Shown: positions 27,939 to 40,394 of the stretch, piece after piece
Position numbering within the stretch: the first letter of the stretch is position 1
How the letters are laid out: every line of letters begins with the position of its first letter
Assembly (NCBI RefSeq): GCF_006345805.1
Contig: NC_043014.1
Location: 15,624,001 to 15,688,000 of the forward strand
Origin: Octopus sinensis
Taxonomy: Eukaryota
DNA length: 64,000 bases
Direction of reading: 5' to 3'
The notes under the pieces: model-generated
Seen by the model: the letters and a program-made list of their open reading frames with translations, nothing else
Told to the model about the DNA's origin: nothing
The model's database searches: none
Translations under genes and position numbers: made by a program

Positions 27939-28317
27939 ATGATAATGATAATGATAATGATAATGAAATTATTGTATATAGTGCTCAGGTGCACCACAAC
28001 TTGTCAGAAAGTGCATATAAAGTACATGCAGTAATGTAAAAATGTCTGGAAAGCGAACAATGTATGAGTCAGATACATGCTTGTGTGTGTATGGAGGGGA
28101 GAAAATCAGGTGTAGTGTTGGCAAATCTCAGAAAGCATGGAAGTTTTGAAGGATGCAGTGCTCCAACAACTAACAACTGAAGCCGGCAGTTTGTTCCATG
28201 CTTCAGCAACTCTCAGCGTGAAAAAATGTTTCCTGAAGTCATGGGAGCTGTGCTGTTTTCTGACTTTGTAAATATGTCCACGGGTGTTAGATGGGTGGAG
28301 TTTGAAAAGGTGCATAT
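27939..28317 (-). mobile_element. CR1/L2-type LINE 3-prime end with (CATTAT)n tail
   Basis: ORF 28106-28315: NTRGHIYKVRK...RKHFFTLRVAEAWNKLPASVV...FK. Confidence 0.85.
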
Positions 28318-28337
28318 ATAATATTTTATAATTTTAA

Positions 28338-28604
28338 ACATAATTATAACAAGGGGTTGGTTTTATGCCTCACTATGCACTGTAAGAAATAGATGCTAAA
28401 GTCTGTTTTACTACCTTAAAATCTCCGAGAATAACACACTTTATTGTAGGCAAGCAAAAGAAAATTAATGAATCAATAAGGCTGATTATTGCCTACAATA
28501 AAGCGTGTTATTCTTGGAGATTTTAAGGTAGTAAAAAAGACTTTAGCATCTATTTCTTATTGTGCATGGTGAGGCATAAAACCAACCCCTTGTTATAATT
28601 ATGT
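28338..28604. repeat. 267-bp hairpin/MITE-like inverted repeat
   Basis: 116-bp arms (28338-28453 and 28489-28604) with about 6 mismatches; 35-nt spacer. Confidence 0.85.
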
Positions 28605-29477
28605 ATATAATTATAAAATATTTTGTAAAATTTACCTATAAGGTTTTTATTTCTGCACTGGCTACCTGGTAAAATTATTATTGATTTTGCCCTTTATCAT
28701 TAAAATATATATACATGATGGGCTTCTTTCAGTTTCCATCTACCAAATCCACTCACAAGGCTTTGGTTGGACTGAGGCTACAGGAGAAAACACTTGTCCA
28801 AGGTACTATGCAGTGGGACTCAACCTGGAACCATGTGGTGTGGTCAGGAAGCAAGCTTCTTACCACACAATCACTCCTGCACCTATATATATATATATTT
28901 TGAAGCTGAAAATTCAAGAATACTATTTACTGCCATTTCATCTCCCCAAAAATTCTCCAAAAATGGAACTGGTAAAAAACTGTTAAAAATATTGAATGTA
29001 TAAAAGTATAGGGTTTCAGGGATGATAGGAAGAGACAAATAGTAGTGGCCAACAAGGGAGATAACTACATGAAAGTCAGGTTTGGTAGAAACAGAAGTAA
29101 AAAAAACCCCATGAAACCTAGATCCTTGGTATGGCGCCAATGACACTATAAAAACTATGATACTCCATGTCCTGGATGTTATAATCATGCAATGAAAATT
29201 TGCTGGATACATCATCGTTGATTACAGGTAAGTTCATGACCATCAATTCACCACAAGGAAAGTTTATCAAGAAAATATATACGTAGTATCTCACCATTAA
29301 TAGTTAAGAACAATTTTATTGAAAAAATAAAATGTGAATTGATGATGTTGAACTTTCTCTCTGGTGAATTGATGGAGGTGAACTTACTGGACATGGTTGT
29401 CATCATTGTTGTCATTGCCATCATCATCATTGTTGTCATTTAATATCTGTTTTCTGTGTTGCTGTGGGTTGGATGGT

Positions 29478-29705
29478 TTAACCCTTTCATTACCAACCCG
29501 ACTAAAACTGGCTCTGGTTCTGAGTACACATGTCTTGTTTTCATAAATTTTGAATTAAAATTTTCCACCAAACCTTAGACACAATTTATGTTCCTAACAC
29601 TAGATTAATGATAGCTAAGTTATTTTACTAAATTCTTGGTTATATTTAAAGTAATTGAAAGAAGCACAGAGCATCTCAAAATAAATACAGCAATGAAAGC
29701 GTTAA
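29478..29705 (+). mobile_element. piggyBac-type MITE (TTAA-flanked)
   Basis: TTAA|ccctttcattac ... gcaatgaaagcg|TTAA; an inverted copy lies at 39088-39317. Confidence 0.7.
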
Positions 29706-29845
29706 CAGGAGCTGGCAAGTCAGAAGATTTGTGCCAAGCCTTGTCTGCTTTGACATGGTTTTTATGGCTGTATGTCCTTCCTAATGCCAACCACTTTACA
29801 ATTGTTTCATTTCCAGAATGACTTTGAAACCAACTATTTTGCTAC

Positions 29846-29981
29846 CTGAATATAAAACATTTTGAGGTTTCAATTTCATGTCAAGCACAGCTTGGCGAAG
29901 ACCATCAATACATAATTCAAATCCAATAGACCGTTTGCCTGGTGATGTTTTGAAGCAATTGGCAGGCAACGTTGGGTAACT
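29846..29981 (-). CDS. Candidate 136-nt exon (SYPTLPANCFKTSPGKRSIGFELCIDGLRQAVLDMKLKPQNVLYS)
   Basis: Acceptor atttctccatccttttttcag, moderate donor CAG|gtagca, one open frame, non-repetitive sequence; protein not recognised. Confidence 0.35.
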
Positions 29982-30129
29982 CTGAAAAAAGGATGGAGAA
30001 ATCTGGTTAGAGGAGTGATGTATAGGTACAAGGCAAGTACCTGTTTGCCTGTATGGTAAGTTACATGTATGACTCCACAATTTAAATGGTGAGGCTGATC
30101 CTGCGATGAAGGACTTTAGATTGAATATC

Positions 30130-30352
30130 AGTGGTCAACCCTCAAGCATTCAGATTATTTTGCCAAATGTAATGCTTATTTATTCACATTGCTTTCAATT
30201 AACCATGCATTATCGTTGAGATTTTGATTATAGAATTTTTTTTTTTAAGTATGACATTGTAGGGAAGATGTAAGAGATTGCATTTGACCAGTTTGAACAT
30301 CAAATAGAATATTTTGGCAGCCAATGGCCACTTTAAATGCTAAAGGGGTAAA
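30130..30352 (+). mobile_element. Second piggyBac-type MITE family (ccctttagcattcagatt...aatgctaaaggg), diverged
   Basis: Related copies at about 33659-33890, 42510-42555 and 51215-51390. Confidence 0.6.
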
Positions 30353-30384
30353 TACTAGCAAGTTGATCCAGTAGGGAGAGCTTC

Positions 30385-33300
30385 ATGAAGAAGGAGGCAG
30401 GGCTAATGCATCATAAATTCACTTAGAAGAAGGGGCACAGATGATGCATCATAAATTCATTGAGGAAGGGGTGGAGCTAATGCATCATATATTCATATAT
30501 TCATTGAGACTAAGGGGAGGGCTAATGCAGCACAAATCCATTGAAACGAAGGGGTGGGGCTGGTGCATCATAAATCCATTGAGAGGAAGGGCTGGGGCTG
30601 ATGCATTACAAATCCTTTGAAAGGAAGGGGTGGGACTGATGCATCCAAATCCACTGAGAAGAAGGGGCAGGGCTGGGCATCACAAATCCATTGAAAGGAA
30701 AGGCCAAAAGGAATGGGCAGGGCTGGTGCATCACAAATCCATTGAGAGGAATGGGCAGGGCTGGTGTATCCCAAATCCATTGAAAGTAAGGGGCAGGGCT
30801 GGTGCATCACAAATCCATTGCGAGGAATGGGCAGGACTGGTGTATCACAAATCCATTGAAAGGAAGGGGTGGGGCTGATGCATCACAAATCCATTGAAAG
30901 GAAGAGGTGGGACAGATGCATCACAAATTCATTGAAAGGAAGCGGCAGGACTGGTGTATCACAAATCCATTGAGAGGAAGGGGTGGGGCTGATGCATCAT
31001 AAATCCATTGAGAGGAATGGGCAGGGCTGGTGCATCACAAATCCATTGAAAGGAAGGGGTGAGGCTGATGCATCACAAATCCATTGAGAGGAATGGGCAG
31101 GGCTGGTGCATCACAAATCCATTGAAAGGAAGGGGTGGGGCTGATGCATCACAAATCCATTGAAAGGAAGAGGTGGGACAGATGCATCACAAATTCATTG
31201 AAAGGAAGCGGCAGGACTGGTGTATCACAAATCCATTGAGAGGAAGGGGTGGGGCTGATGCATCATAAATCCATTGAGAGGAATGGGCAGGGCTGGTGCA
31301 TCACAAATCCATTGAAAGGAAGGGGTGGGGCTGATGCATCACAAATCCATTGAAAGGAAGAGGTGGGACAGATGCATCACAAATTCATTGAAAGGAAGCG
31401 GCAGGACTGGTGTATCACAAATCCATTGAGAGGAAGGAGTGGGGCTGATGCATCATAAATCCATTGAGAGGAATGGGCAGGGCTGGTGCATCACAAATCC
31501 ATTGAAAGGAAGGGGTGAGGCTGATGCATCACAAATCCATTGAGAGGAATGGGCAGGGCTGGTGCATCACAAATCCATTGAAAGGAAGGGGTGGGGCTGA
31601 TGCATCACAAATCCATTGAAAGGAAGGGGTGAGGCTGATGCATCACAAATCCATTGAAAGGAAGGGGTGGGGCTGATGCATCACAAATCCATTGAGAGGA
31701 ATGGGCAGGGCTGGTGCATCACAAATCCATTGAAAGGAAGGGGTGGGGCTGATGCATCACAAATCCATTGAGAGGAATGGGCAGGGCTGGTGCATCACAA
31801 ATCCATTGAAAGGAAGGGGTGAGGCTGATGCATCACAAATCCATTGAGAGGAATGGGCAGGGCTGGTGCATCACAAATCCATTGAAAGGAAGGGGTGAGG
31901 CTGATGCATCACAAATCCATTGAGAGGAATGGGCAGGGCTGGTGCATCACAAATCCATTGAAAGGAAGGGGTGGGGCTGATGCATCACAAATCCATTGAG
32001 AGGAATGGGCAGGGCTGGTGCATCACAAATCCATTGAAAGGAAGGGGTGAGGCTGATGCATTACAAATCCATTGAGAGGAATGGGCAGGGCTGGTGCATC
32101 ACAAATCCATTGAAAGGAAGGGGTGGGGCTGAGCATCACAAATCCATTGAGAGGAATGGGCAGGGCTGGTGCATCACAAATCCATTGAAAGGAAGGGGTG
32201 GGGCTGATGCATCACAAATCCATTGAAGGAAGAGGTGGGACAGATGCATCACAAATCATTGAAAGGAAGCGGCAGGACTGGTGTATCACAAATCCATTGA
32301 GAGGAAGGGGTGGGGCTGGTGCATCACAAATCCATGAGAGGAATGGGCAGGGCTGATGCATCATAAATCCATTGAGAGGAATGGGCAGGGTGGTGCATCA
32401 CAAATCCATGAAAGGAAGGGGTGAGGCTGATGCATCACAAATCCATTGAGAGGAATGGGCAGGGTGGTGCATCACAAATCCATTGAAAGGAAGGGGTGGG
32501 GCTGATGCATCACAAATCCATGAAAGGAAGGGGTGAGGCTGATGCATCACAAATCCATTGAAAGGAAGGGGTGGGACTGATGCATCACAAATCCATTGAG
32601 AGGAATGGGCAGGGCTGGTGCATCACAAATCCATTGAAAGGAAGGGGTGGGGCTGATGCATCACAAATCCATTGAGAGGAATGGGCAGGGCTGGTGCATC
32701 ACAAATCCATTGAAGGAAGGGGTGGGGGATGCATCACAAATCCATTGAGAGGAATGGGCAGGGCTGGTGCATCACAAATCCATTGAAAGGAAGGGGTGGG
32801 GCTGATGCATCACAAATCCATTGAGAGGAATGGGCAGGGCTGGTGCATCACAAATCCATTGAAAGGAAGGGGTGGGGCTGATGCATCACAAATCCATTGA
32901 GAGGAATGGGCAGGGCTGGTGCATTACAAATCCATTGAAAGGAAGAGGCAGGGCTGATGCATCATAAATCCATTGAAAGGAAGGGGTGGGGCTGATGCAT
33001 CATAAATCCATTGAGAGGAATGGGCAGGGCTGGTGTATCACAAATCCATTGAAAGGAAGGGGTGGGGCTGATGCATCATAAATCCATTGAGAGGAATGGG
33101 CAGGGCTGGTGTATCACAAATCCATTGAGAGGAATGGGCAGGACTGGTGTATCACAAATCCATTGAGAGGAAGGGGTGGGACTGATGCATCAGAAATACA
33201 TTGAGAGGAAGTGGCAGGGCTGGTGTATCGCAAATCCATTGAGAGGAAGGGGCAGGGCTGGTGTATCCCAAATCCATTGAAAGGAAGGGGCAGGGCTGGT

Positions 33301-33510
33301 GTATCCCAAATCCATTGAAAGGAAGTGGCGGGGCTGATGCATCACAAATCCATTGAGAGGAATGGGCAGGACTGGTGCATCATATGTCCATTGAGAGGAA
33401 GGAGTGGGAATGATGCATCACAAATCCATAGAAAGGAAAGGGTGGGGCTGGTGCATCATAAATCCATTCAGAGGAAGGGGTCAGGTTGATGCATCATAAA
33501 TTCATTAAGA
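30385..33510 (+). repeat. 38-bp satellite array, about 82 units, with dimeric and higher-order structure
   Basis: Unit gatgcatcacaaatccattgaaaggaaggggtggggct alternates with a gagaggaatgggcagggct variant; the diagnostic gaggtgggacagatgc recurs at 30904, 31170, 31360 and 32232. Confidence 0.95.
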
Positions 33511-34140
33511 ACCCTGAAACAGCAAATATTCTTTCTTGATGACCCTTAAAACTTATCGATGTTCCCTATGTGAAGCTTTTAGCTGACAGCATTTGTAGAA
33601 ACAAGCTGTTGCGAATATTTTAATAATAGTAATTTTTCAGAAAAAATGACATCACTTCTTTAACCTTTTAGCATGCAGATTTCTCCGTCAAATGTAACAT
33701 TTATCTATTCCCACTGATTTGAATTTGTTATGCTTTACGTTGTAGCTTTCAGATTTCAATGATATGATTGTTTATTTTTAGAATAATGTTGTTAGGTAAA
33801 TGTGAGAGAAAAGAACTGGCCAGTTTGAAGATAAAACAGGTAGAATACTTAGGCTAAAGGGTCAATGAAAATGCTAAATGGTAAAGGGTCAATGAAAATT
33901 GAACCATTAATTAATTATTGTGTATTAATATCCAATGAGGGTTATCTTGGATGTGGTTATTGCTAGTTGATAACTGTTGGTGTTTGGTTAAATAATGTTG
34001 TTTATATAAGGAGAAGTATGGAAAAGTAAGAATAACGGGAATGACAGTTTGAGTGCCTTTTTGTGTTTGACTTTATCTTTTTTTCAGAAATGAATCCAAA
34101 TTCTGTATAGAAATGACTAGTAGTTTATATCTACTGTTTA

Positions 34141-34180
<40 letters not shown>

Positions 34181-34326
34181 GTATACATACACACATATGG
34201 AAGTACATTCATAAATATATATCCCTGCACACACAAAAGTACATCCAAATATACACATATGTACTTACACACACACACATATACACATATACAAACATAT
34301 AAATACATATATATGCATGTATACAG

Positions 34327-34391
<65 letters not shown>

Positions 34392-34594
34392 CATATATGC
34401 ATATACATATATACATCTACATCCATACACACACATACATACACACACGCATATACATACACACACATTCACTCATTTACACACCCATGCAATAATGTTG
34501 TAGACAACATGACTGTCATTTCACCAAAGTGAAATCAAAACTGTTTATATATCCTTCTTCCCTGTCATGATAATGTAAATGCCACATACATTCT

Positions 34595-34628
<34 letters not shown>

Positions 34629-35343
34629 AAGTGCACTCACACATATGCACTCACACACATGTACATGTATGGCTTTAAGGAATATCTAAATGGTCACATG
34701 ATAACCTTCCTTATCTGCAGAAGCCTTAACATAACTCAGTACAATAGCAAAGAAATGATAGCAGAAGGAGAGGTGTAACACGTACCGGTGTGTGTGTGTG
34801 CGTGTGTGTGTACACGTGTGTGTGTGTGTACAGGTGTGCATGTGTGTACACGTGTGCTGATTTATTGAAAACTGAGGCCACAATAAAGGTAGAAATGCTA
34901 ATGCATGTTTGAGTACTTTTTCTGTTATTAATTCATACATCCAAACACACACACACACACACATCTACACACACACACCAGGTTCAATTCCCATGGATGT
35001 CAATTTTGCCTTTCGTCTTTTAAAGAATCAATAAATGACGGCACATTTGAGAGCAATGGATTGACGCAGACATTTGTATTTGACGAGATGTCTTGCGGTG
35101 TCTGTTCCAGCTCTTAGCATTCTGATGACAATAATCAGAGATCATATTGGACCCTTGTCTTTGTCTTGTGTAAGATCAGTGGATTGGTGAGGGAACCCCT
35201 GCATGAATGGGAGACAAACCTTGCACCTCAGATTCTAGATGTGTTTGTATATGTATATGTATATGTATGTTTAAGTATGTGCACACATATATCTGTCTAT
35301 TTACGTCTCTCTCTATCTATCTCTCTTCTTCTCCCACTATAAG

Positions 35344-35386
35344 CCAGTTTAGAAGTTACTGAAAAATTCAGTAACTTCTAAACTGG
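35344..35386. repeat. Perfect 20-bp-arm hairpin
   Basis: ccagtttagaagttactgaa-aaa-ttcagtaacttctaaactgg. Confidence 0.85.
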
Positions 35387-35492
35387 AGTGAGACAGCATG
35401 TTCTTTGTCTACCTCCTTAACTTCTTGGAGATTTTAGGTATAATTATACTAATGTGTCCATCTGTTCTAATTTAATTAAATTCTATGTCTTT

Positions 35493-35581
35493 GTGCAGCT
35501 GAAGATTGCGCTGCAATTTAAATTGATGTAATGATTGCATTGTTCAATTAAATGGAGTTGCATGAAACGATCATACTGCAT
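35493..35581 (+). ncRNA. Degenerate type-I hammerhead with long stem II
   Basis: GUGCAG-CUGAAGA-U-[long imperfect stem]-U-GAAAC-GAUC-AUA-CUGCAU; stem I 5 bp plus wobble; the triplet reads AUA, probably from GUA by CpG decay. Confidence 0.45.
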
Positions 35582-35809
35582 TACCTCCGGATATCCTTGT
35601 TGCTTATTTTGATATATATATACATATATATATATTTAATATCATCTGAGTAATAACCTTATAACATGCTTTCCAAAGCTCCTCTACTGGTATCAGCTAC
35701 CATCATCTTGTACTACATATATGTATATGTATATATATATGTATATATGAGAGAAACTACTAGGATAAGAAGAAGAAGAAGGGCAAAGTTCAGAGAGTTT
35801 CTACCTTTG

Positions 35810-36135
35810 TTCAGAGTGAAAGGCAGACTGCTTGGATATCTGTGTATGTACAGCAATGCTTCATGGCAGTGAAACACTGGCTGTGACTAGAGAGGACATA
35901 CGAAGGCTTGAAAGAAATGAAACCAGCTTACTCCACTAGACGTGAAATGTTAGTTTGCATGTACAACAGAGTGTAAGTACCTTAAGAGAAAGATTGTGTA
36001 TAAGTGGCATCAGATATAGTGTGCAAGCGAGAAGACTGCTGGTATGGTCATGTGATGCATTATGGATGAGGACAGCTGTGTAAAGAAGTGCCAATATCTA
36101 ATTGTGGAGGGAACCTATGGAAGATGTAGAAAGCG
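35810..36135 (+). mobile_element. RTE-clade LINE fragment
   Basis: EDIRRLERNE...LRE...GIRYSVQARRL...WYGHVMH..DEDSCVKKC..LIVEG across frameshifts. Confidence 0.75.
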
Positions 36136-36357
36136 GTTGCTGTTGTTCAGAGAGAAATAGAGTCAGTAATGCAGTTATGAGTAAGTTTGTCTGTCAGTTT
36201 AATGCAAGATCCACATCGGGGAAAACTTGATGAATTTATACTGTATTTTAAAATTAAAAATGCAATTATGTATGTATGTATGTATGTATGTATGTATGTA
36301 TGTATGTACGTATGTACATACGTACGTACGTACCTATCTATCTATCTATCTATCTGA

Positions 36358-36407
<50 letters not shown>

Positions 36408-36462
36408 AGCTATACATACTCAAATGCCTACACACACACACACACATGAGTGTGTGTGTATG

Positions 36463-36506
<44 letters not shown>

Positions 36507-36571
36507 TATATGTATATATGCACATATATTCATGCACATATGTATATGCACACACACACATAAATAGGGTG

Positions 36572-36625
<54 letters not shown>

Positions 36626-37211
36626 TATAATATATGCATTGCACACATAGAGGTAGAAATATAAGTAGTGGGTAACAAGATGTCAAATGCCATCAGATAA
36701 TAGGTACGTATAATGATTGCTGTGCTCAGGTCAAATTAGTGCTTAAACTTCAGTGTTAAGTGCAGGGTTGTGAAATCTGTCTAAATGAAGATAGGTTATA
36801 AGCAATATATTGATATAGGTATAAAGGAACAAAAGCTTAAACATGGAGTCAACAGATATCAAATCAATTTATAACAATATATTGAGTAGAAACGCAAATA
36901 TATATATTAAAATATATATATACACAGCAGATAAATTAAGAAGCATCTGGAATGTGATAAGTTCACAATAGTTCAGATGTAGATAGGTACACTCCAAGGT
37001 AAGACAGAAATTAAGTCTATGATTTTGATATCACTTAGATAATGAAGTAGATCAATGATGTCACAGATAAAACACCTTGGCATTGATGAAACAGCAGTAT
37101 GTAAATTGTTCTTTACAGCTGTTTCTAGAATGATTGTATTACTAGTGCAAATCTGTGCATATTATCTGTAGCACCAAAGGTTTGTTGGAAAAAATCCCAT
37201 CAATTTCACAG

Positions 37212-37244
<33 letters not shown>

Positions 37245-37247
<3 letters not shown>

Positions 37248-38030
37248 TCATCATCATCATCGTTTAACGTCCGTTTTCCGCGCTAGCACGGGTTGGACGG
37301 TTTCAACCGGGGTCTGGGGAGCTAGGGACTGCCCCAGGCTCCAGTCTAGTCTGGCAGTGTTTCTACAGCTGGATGCCCTTCCTAACGCCAACCACTCCGC
37401 GAGTGTAGTGGGTGTTTTTTACGTGCCACCTGCACAGGTGCCAGAGGGGTCTGGCATCGGCCACGTTCGAATGGTGCTTTTATGTGGGGGGGGGGCAGAA
37501 ATATATAGGGGAGCACCAGTGGGGAGGGGTGGTTCAGAGAAATGATGACAGGTTCTAGGCAAGTAGAACGTAAGATATCAAGAGAGGGGTAATGCATGGT
37601 GAAATAGCGTATTGAAGAGGGGGGTTCGAAGAGTAGACACCTATAATGGTGGTGGGAGAAGCGACATCCGGTATAGATGGAGCAAAAATATAGAGATATC
37701 CGGTATTGGTGGTGGGGGTGAGCAAGGGCGGGTGCACCGGGAATATGCGAAGGGTTGAACTGACGGGCTGGCTTAAAAATGCTCTTAGCAATGGAAGGGG
37801 GGAATGGCAGATAACGTAAGAGAGAGAGAGAGAAAGAAGGGAACAGTGGAACCCCGCCAAAATGGGCCGCCATTGAAAAAAACCCCTGTATGGAGAAATA
37901 ATATGCAATACGAGGCGAAGCTGAAAATAGTAATAATAATAATAATAAGCAAACTGTCGACCAGGGGATCAAAGGGACAATACTACTACTAATAATAAAT
38001 AGTAAACAAAACAGCTCAACCACAACATTA
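37245..38030 (-). mobile_element. Family C tail joined to a pyrimidine-rich upstream segment
   Basis: 37245-37485 matches family C; 37485-38030 shares cccccaccaccaataccgg...ccatcta(c/t)accggat with 17110-17200 and 18215-18290. Confidence 0.65.
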
Positions 38031-38194
38031 GATTAGAAAGACTCTTATCTTGGGAACATTTCGTTCTTCGGCCTGTATATATATAAAATTTAAATAATGA
38101 GGGTGATAAATTGAATATTAATTTAATTAATATTAATTTAAAACCAGTAGCCTAGCATATAGAAAAATCTGAAAATTCAGAAAAATTGTAATAC

Positions 38195-38349
38195 ATGCAT
38201 ATAATAGGGATAACCACTAAGTGGACATCCAATATACTAGAAGATCACCCACAATCTAACTAGAGAACATTCTTTTCTTTGTAGTTAGATCATAGGTGAT
38301 CTTCTAGCATACTGGATGTTCACTTAGTGGTTATCCTTATTATATGCAT
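38195..38349. repeat. 155-bp hairpin (68-bp arms)
   Basis: Arms 38195-38262 and 38282-38349, 61/68 matches, all mismatches are transitions. Confidence 0.85.
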
Positions 38350-39087
38350 ATGTATATATATATAATTCAAAAGTACAGATGTAATTGGTGAAATACTTCA
38401 AGTATCTTACTTGAAAAGTACAATATTCAGCCATATCTATATAATTCCTGTTTGGAATTGGATCTTGAAGTACATGTAAAGCTATGAATAACAAGATGTA
38501 TATATGGGGTTGAAAAAAATCCCTATTCATGAGTAGGCTTCGAATTTTTGTATCCAAAACCGTTTTTCAAACCAATATTTACATGTTAATATTTATAGCT
38601 TTATTTGAACTTCAAGATCCTGTTCCCAAAACGAATTATTTCACATTCTCTTGAAAATTTATAGATTCTTATGATGTCAAATAAATACACACACACACAC
38701 ACACACACACATATATGTTCAATGACTTATCTGATAATCTTCATCAGTCAGATTAAAATATTTCCAAAAATTGATTGAAATATCTGTTCAACTGAACAGT
38801 CCCCTAAATCCCTTTTCAGTCCCCTACATCTCTTTTCAGCTGAGTGATCCTAATCTTGCAGGTTTGTTGGTGCTGGTGCCATATAAAATGCCCTCATGCC
38901 ATTTGCACACAAAAGCTCTTATGCCAGTACTGCGTAAAAGTACCCAGCATACTTTGTAAAGTGGTTGATATTAGGAAGGGCATCCAGTTATAGGAACCAT
39001 ACCAAAACAGGCATGGAACCCAGGCAGCTTTTCAGCTAGCAAGCTCCTGTTAAACCGTCTTACCTATACCAGCATGGAAAATGGACA

Positions 39088-39317
39088 TTAACCCTTTTGT
39101 TACTGTATTTATTTTGAGATGCTCCATGTTTCTTGCAATTAATTTTAAATATAACAAAGAATTTAGTAAAATAACTTAGTTATCATTAAGCTAGTGTTAG
39201 GAACATAAATTGTGACTAAGGTTTGGTGGAAGATTTTTATTCAAAACTTATGAAAACAAGACATTTGTACTACAGAGCCAGAGCAGGTTTCAGCCGGGTT
39301 GGTAACGAAAGGGCTAA
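39088..39317 (-). mobile_element. piggyBac-type MITE, inverted copy of 29478-29705
   Basis: ttaacccttttgttactg...ggtaacgaaagggctaa; interior matches 29478-29705. Confidence 0.7.
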
Positions 39318-39329
39318 AGGATAATGATG

Positions 39330-39600
39330 ATGAACCTTGCAGGCTTGTGGGTGTTGGTGCCACGTAAAAAGCACCTATACAGGTGCTATGTAAAAGCACC
39401 TGTGCCAGTGCTGTGTAAAAGTACACTCTGTAAAGTGGTTGGTGTTAGGAAGAGCATCCAGCTGTAGAAACCAAGCCAAAACAAACATGAAGCCTGGGCA
39501 GCTCTTCAGCTGACTAGCTTCTGCCAAACCATCCAACCCATGCCAGCAAGGAAGACGGATGTTAAATGATGATGACGACGATGACAATGATGATGATGAT
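39330..39600 (+). mobile_element. Family C retroposon
   Basis: ttaggaagagcatccagctgtagaaacc...cggatgttaaatgatgatg. Confidence 0.75.
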
Positions 39601-39621
39601 CTATTCACTTGAAACCAGTAT

Positions 39622-40012
39622 TCTCTTTTACTCTTTTATCTTTTACTTGTTTCATTTGACTGCGGCCATGCTGGAGCACCACCTTTAGTCAAGCAAATTG
39701 ACCCCCAGGAAGCCTAGTGCTTATTCTATCAGTCTCTTTTGCCAAACCGCTAAGTTACAGGGACATAAACACACCACCATCGGTTGTCAAGCGATGTTGG
39801 GGAGGGGGGACAAACACAGACACACAAACATATATGTATATATATATATACATATATACAACAGGCTTCTTTCAGTTTCCGTCTACCAAATCCACTCACA
39901 CGGCTTTGGTCAGCCTGAGGCTATAGTAGAAGACACTTGCCCAAGGTGCCACGCAGTGGGACTGAACCTGGAACCATGTGGTTGGTAAGCAAGCTACTTA
40001 CCACACAGCCAC
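39622..40012 (-). mobile_element. SINE family A copy
   Basis: Family A consensus. Confidence 0.9.
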
Positions 40013-40394
40013 AGAGCAGTAGAAGTAACCATGGTTGTAATATTTTGCTCTATAGTATTCTACCATAATTAATTAAGTACTTCACTGTTTTGAGTTCAAA
40101 CATCAGTGAAGTCAACATGACTTTTCATCTCTACAATAAAATATGAACCTGAATGTATCGGGTGTATTATGTATGTTTACTCAGCTGTGCTTTATGAAAA
40201 CTTGTTTTGTGCCTCACCAAAATTCATGAATGATTTATACATAGACTTCCCTTTCTTTCTGGAGAATTAACAGCTAAATGTTCTCTTATTCACCTCAACC
40301 ATTACAAACTTTTCCATCAGTAGTTATCTAGGTCCATATGGCCCTTGGGGATCCATGTAAGTTTATCTGTTGAATTAGTTATATTTCTTAATGA

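Noticed and set aside
29818-30055. Plus-strand exon between tttccag and ATG|gtaagt
   Set aside because: All three frames contain stops.
30385-33510. CRISPR-like array (38-bp repeats with an internal palindrome)
   Set aside because: Units are head-to-tail with no unique spacers, there are no cas genes, and the context is eukaryotic.
37382-38023. 213-aa minus-strand ORF as a host gene
   Set aside because: It starts at a non-ATG codon, crosses low-complexity sequence and ends inside a family C repeat; treated as element-derived.
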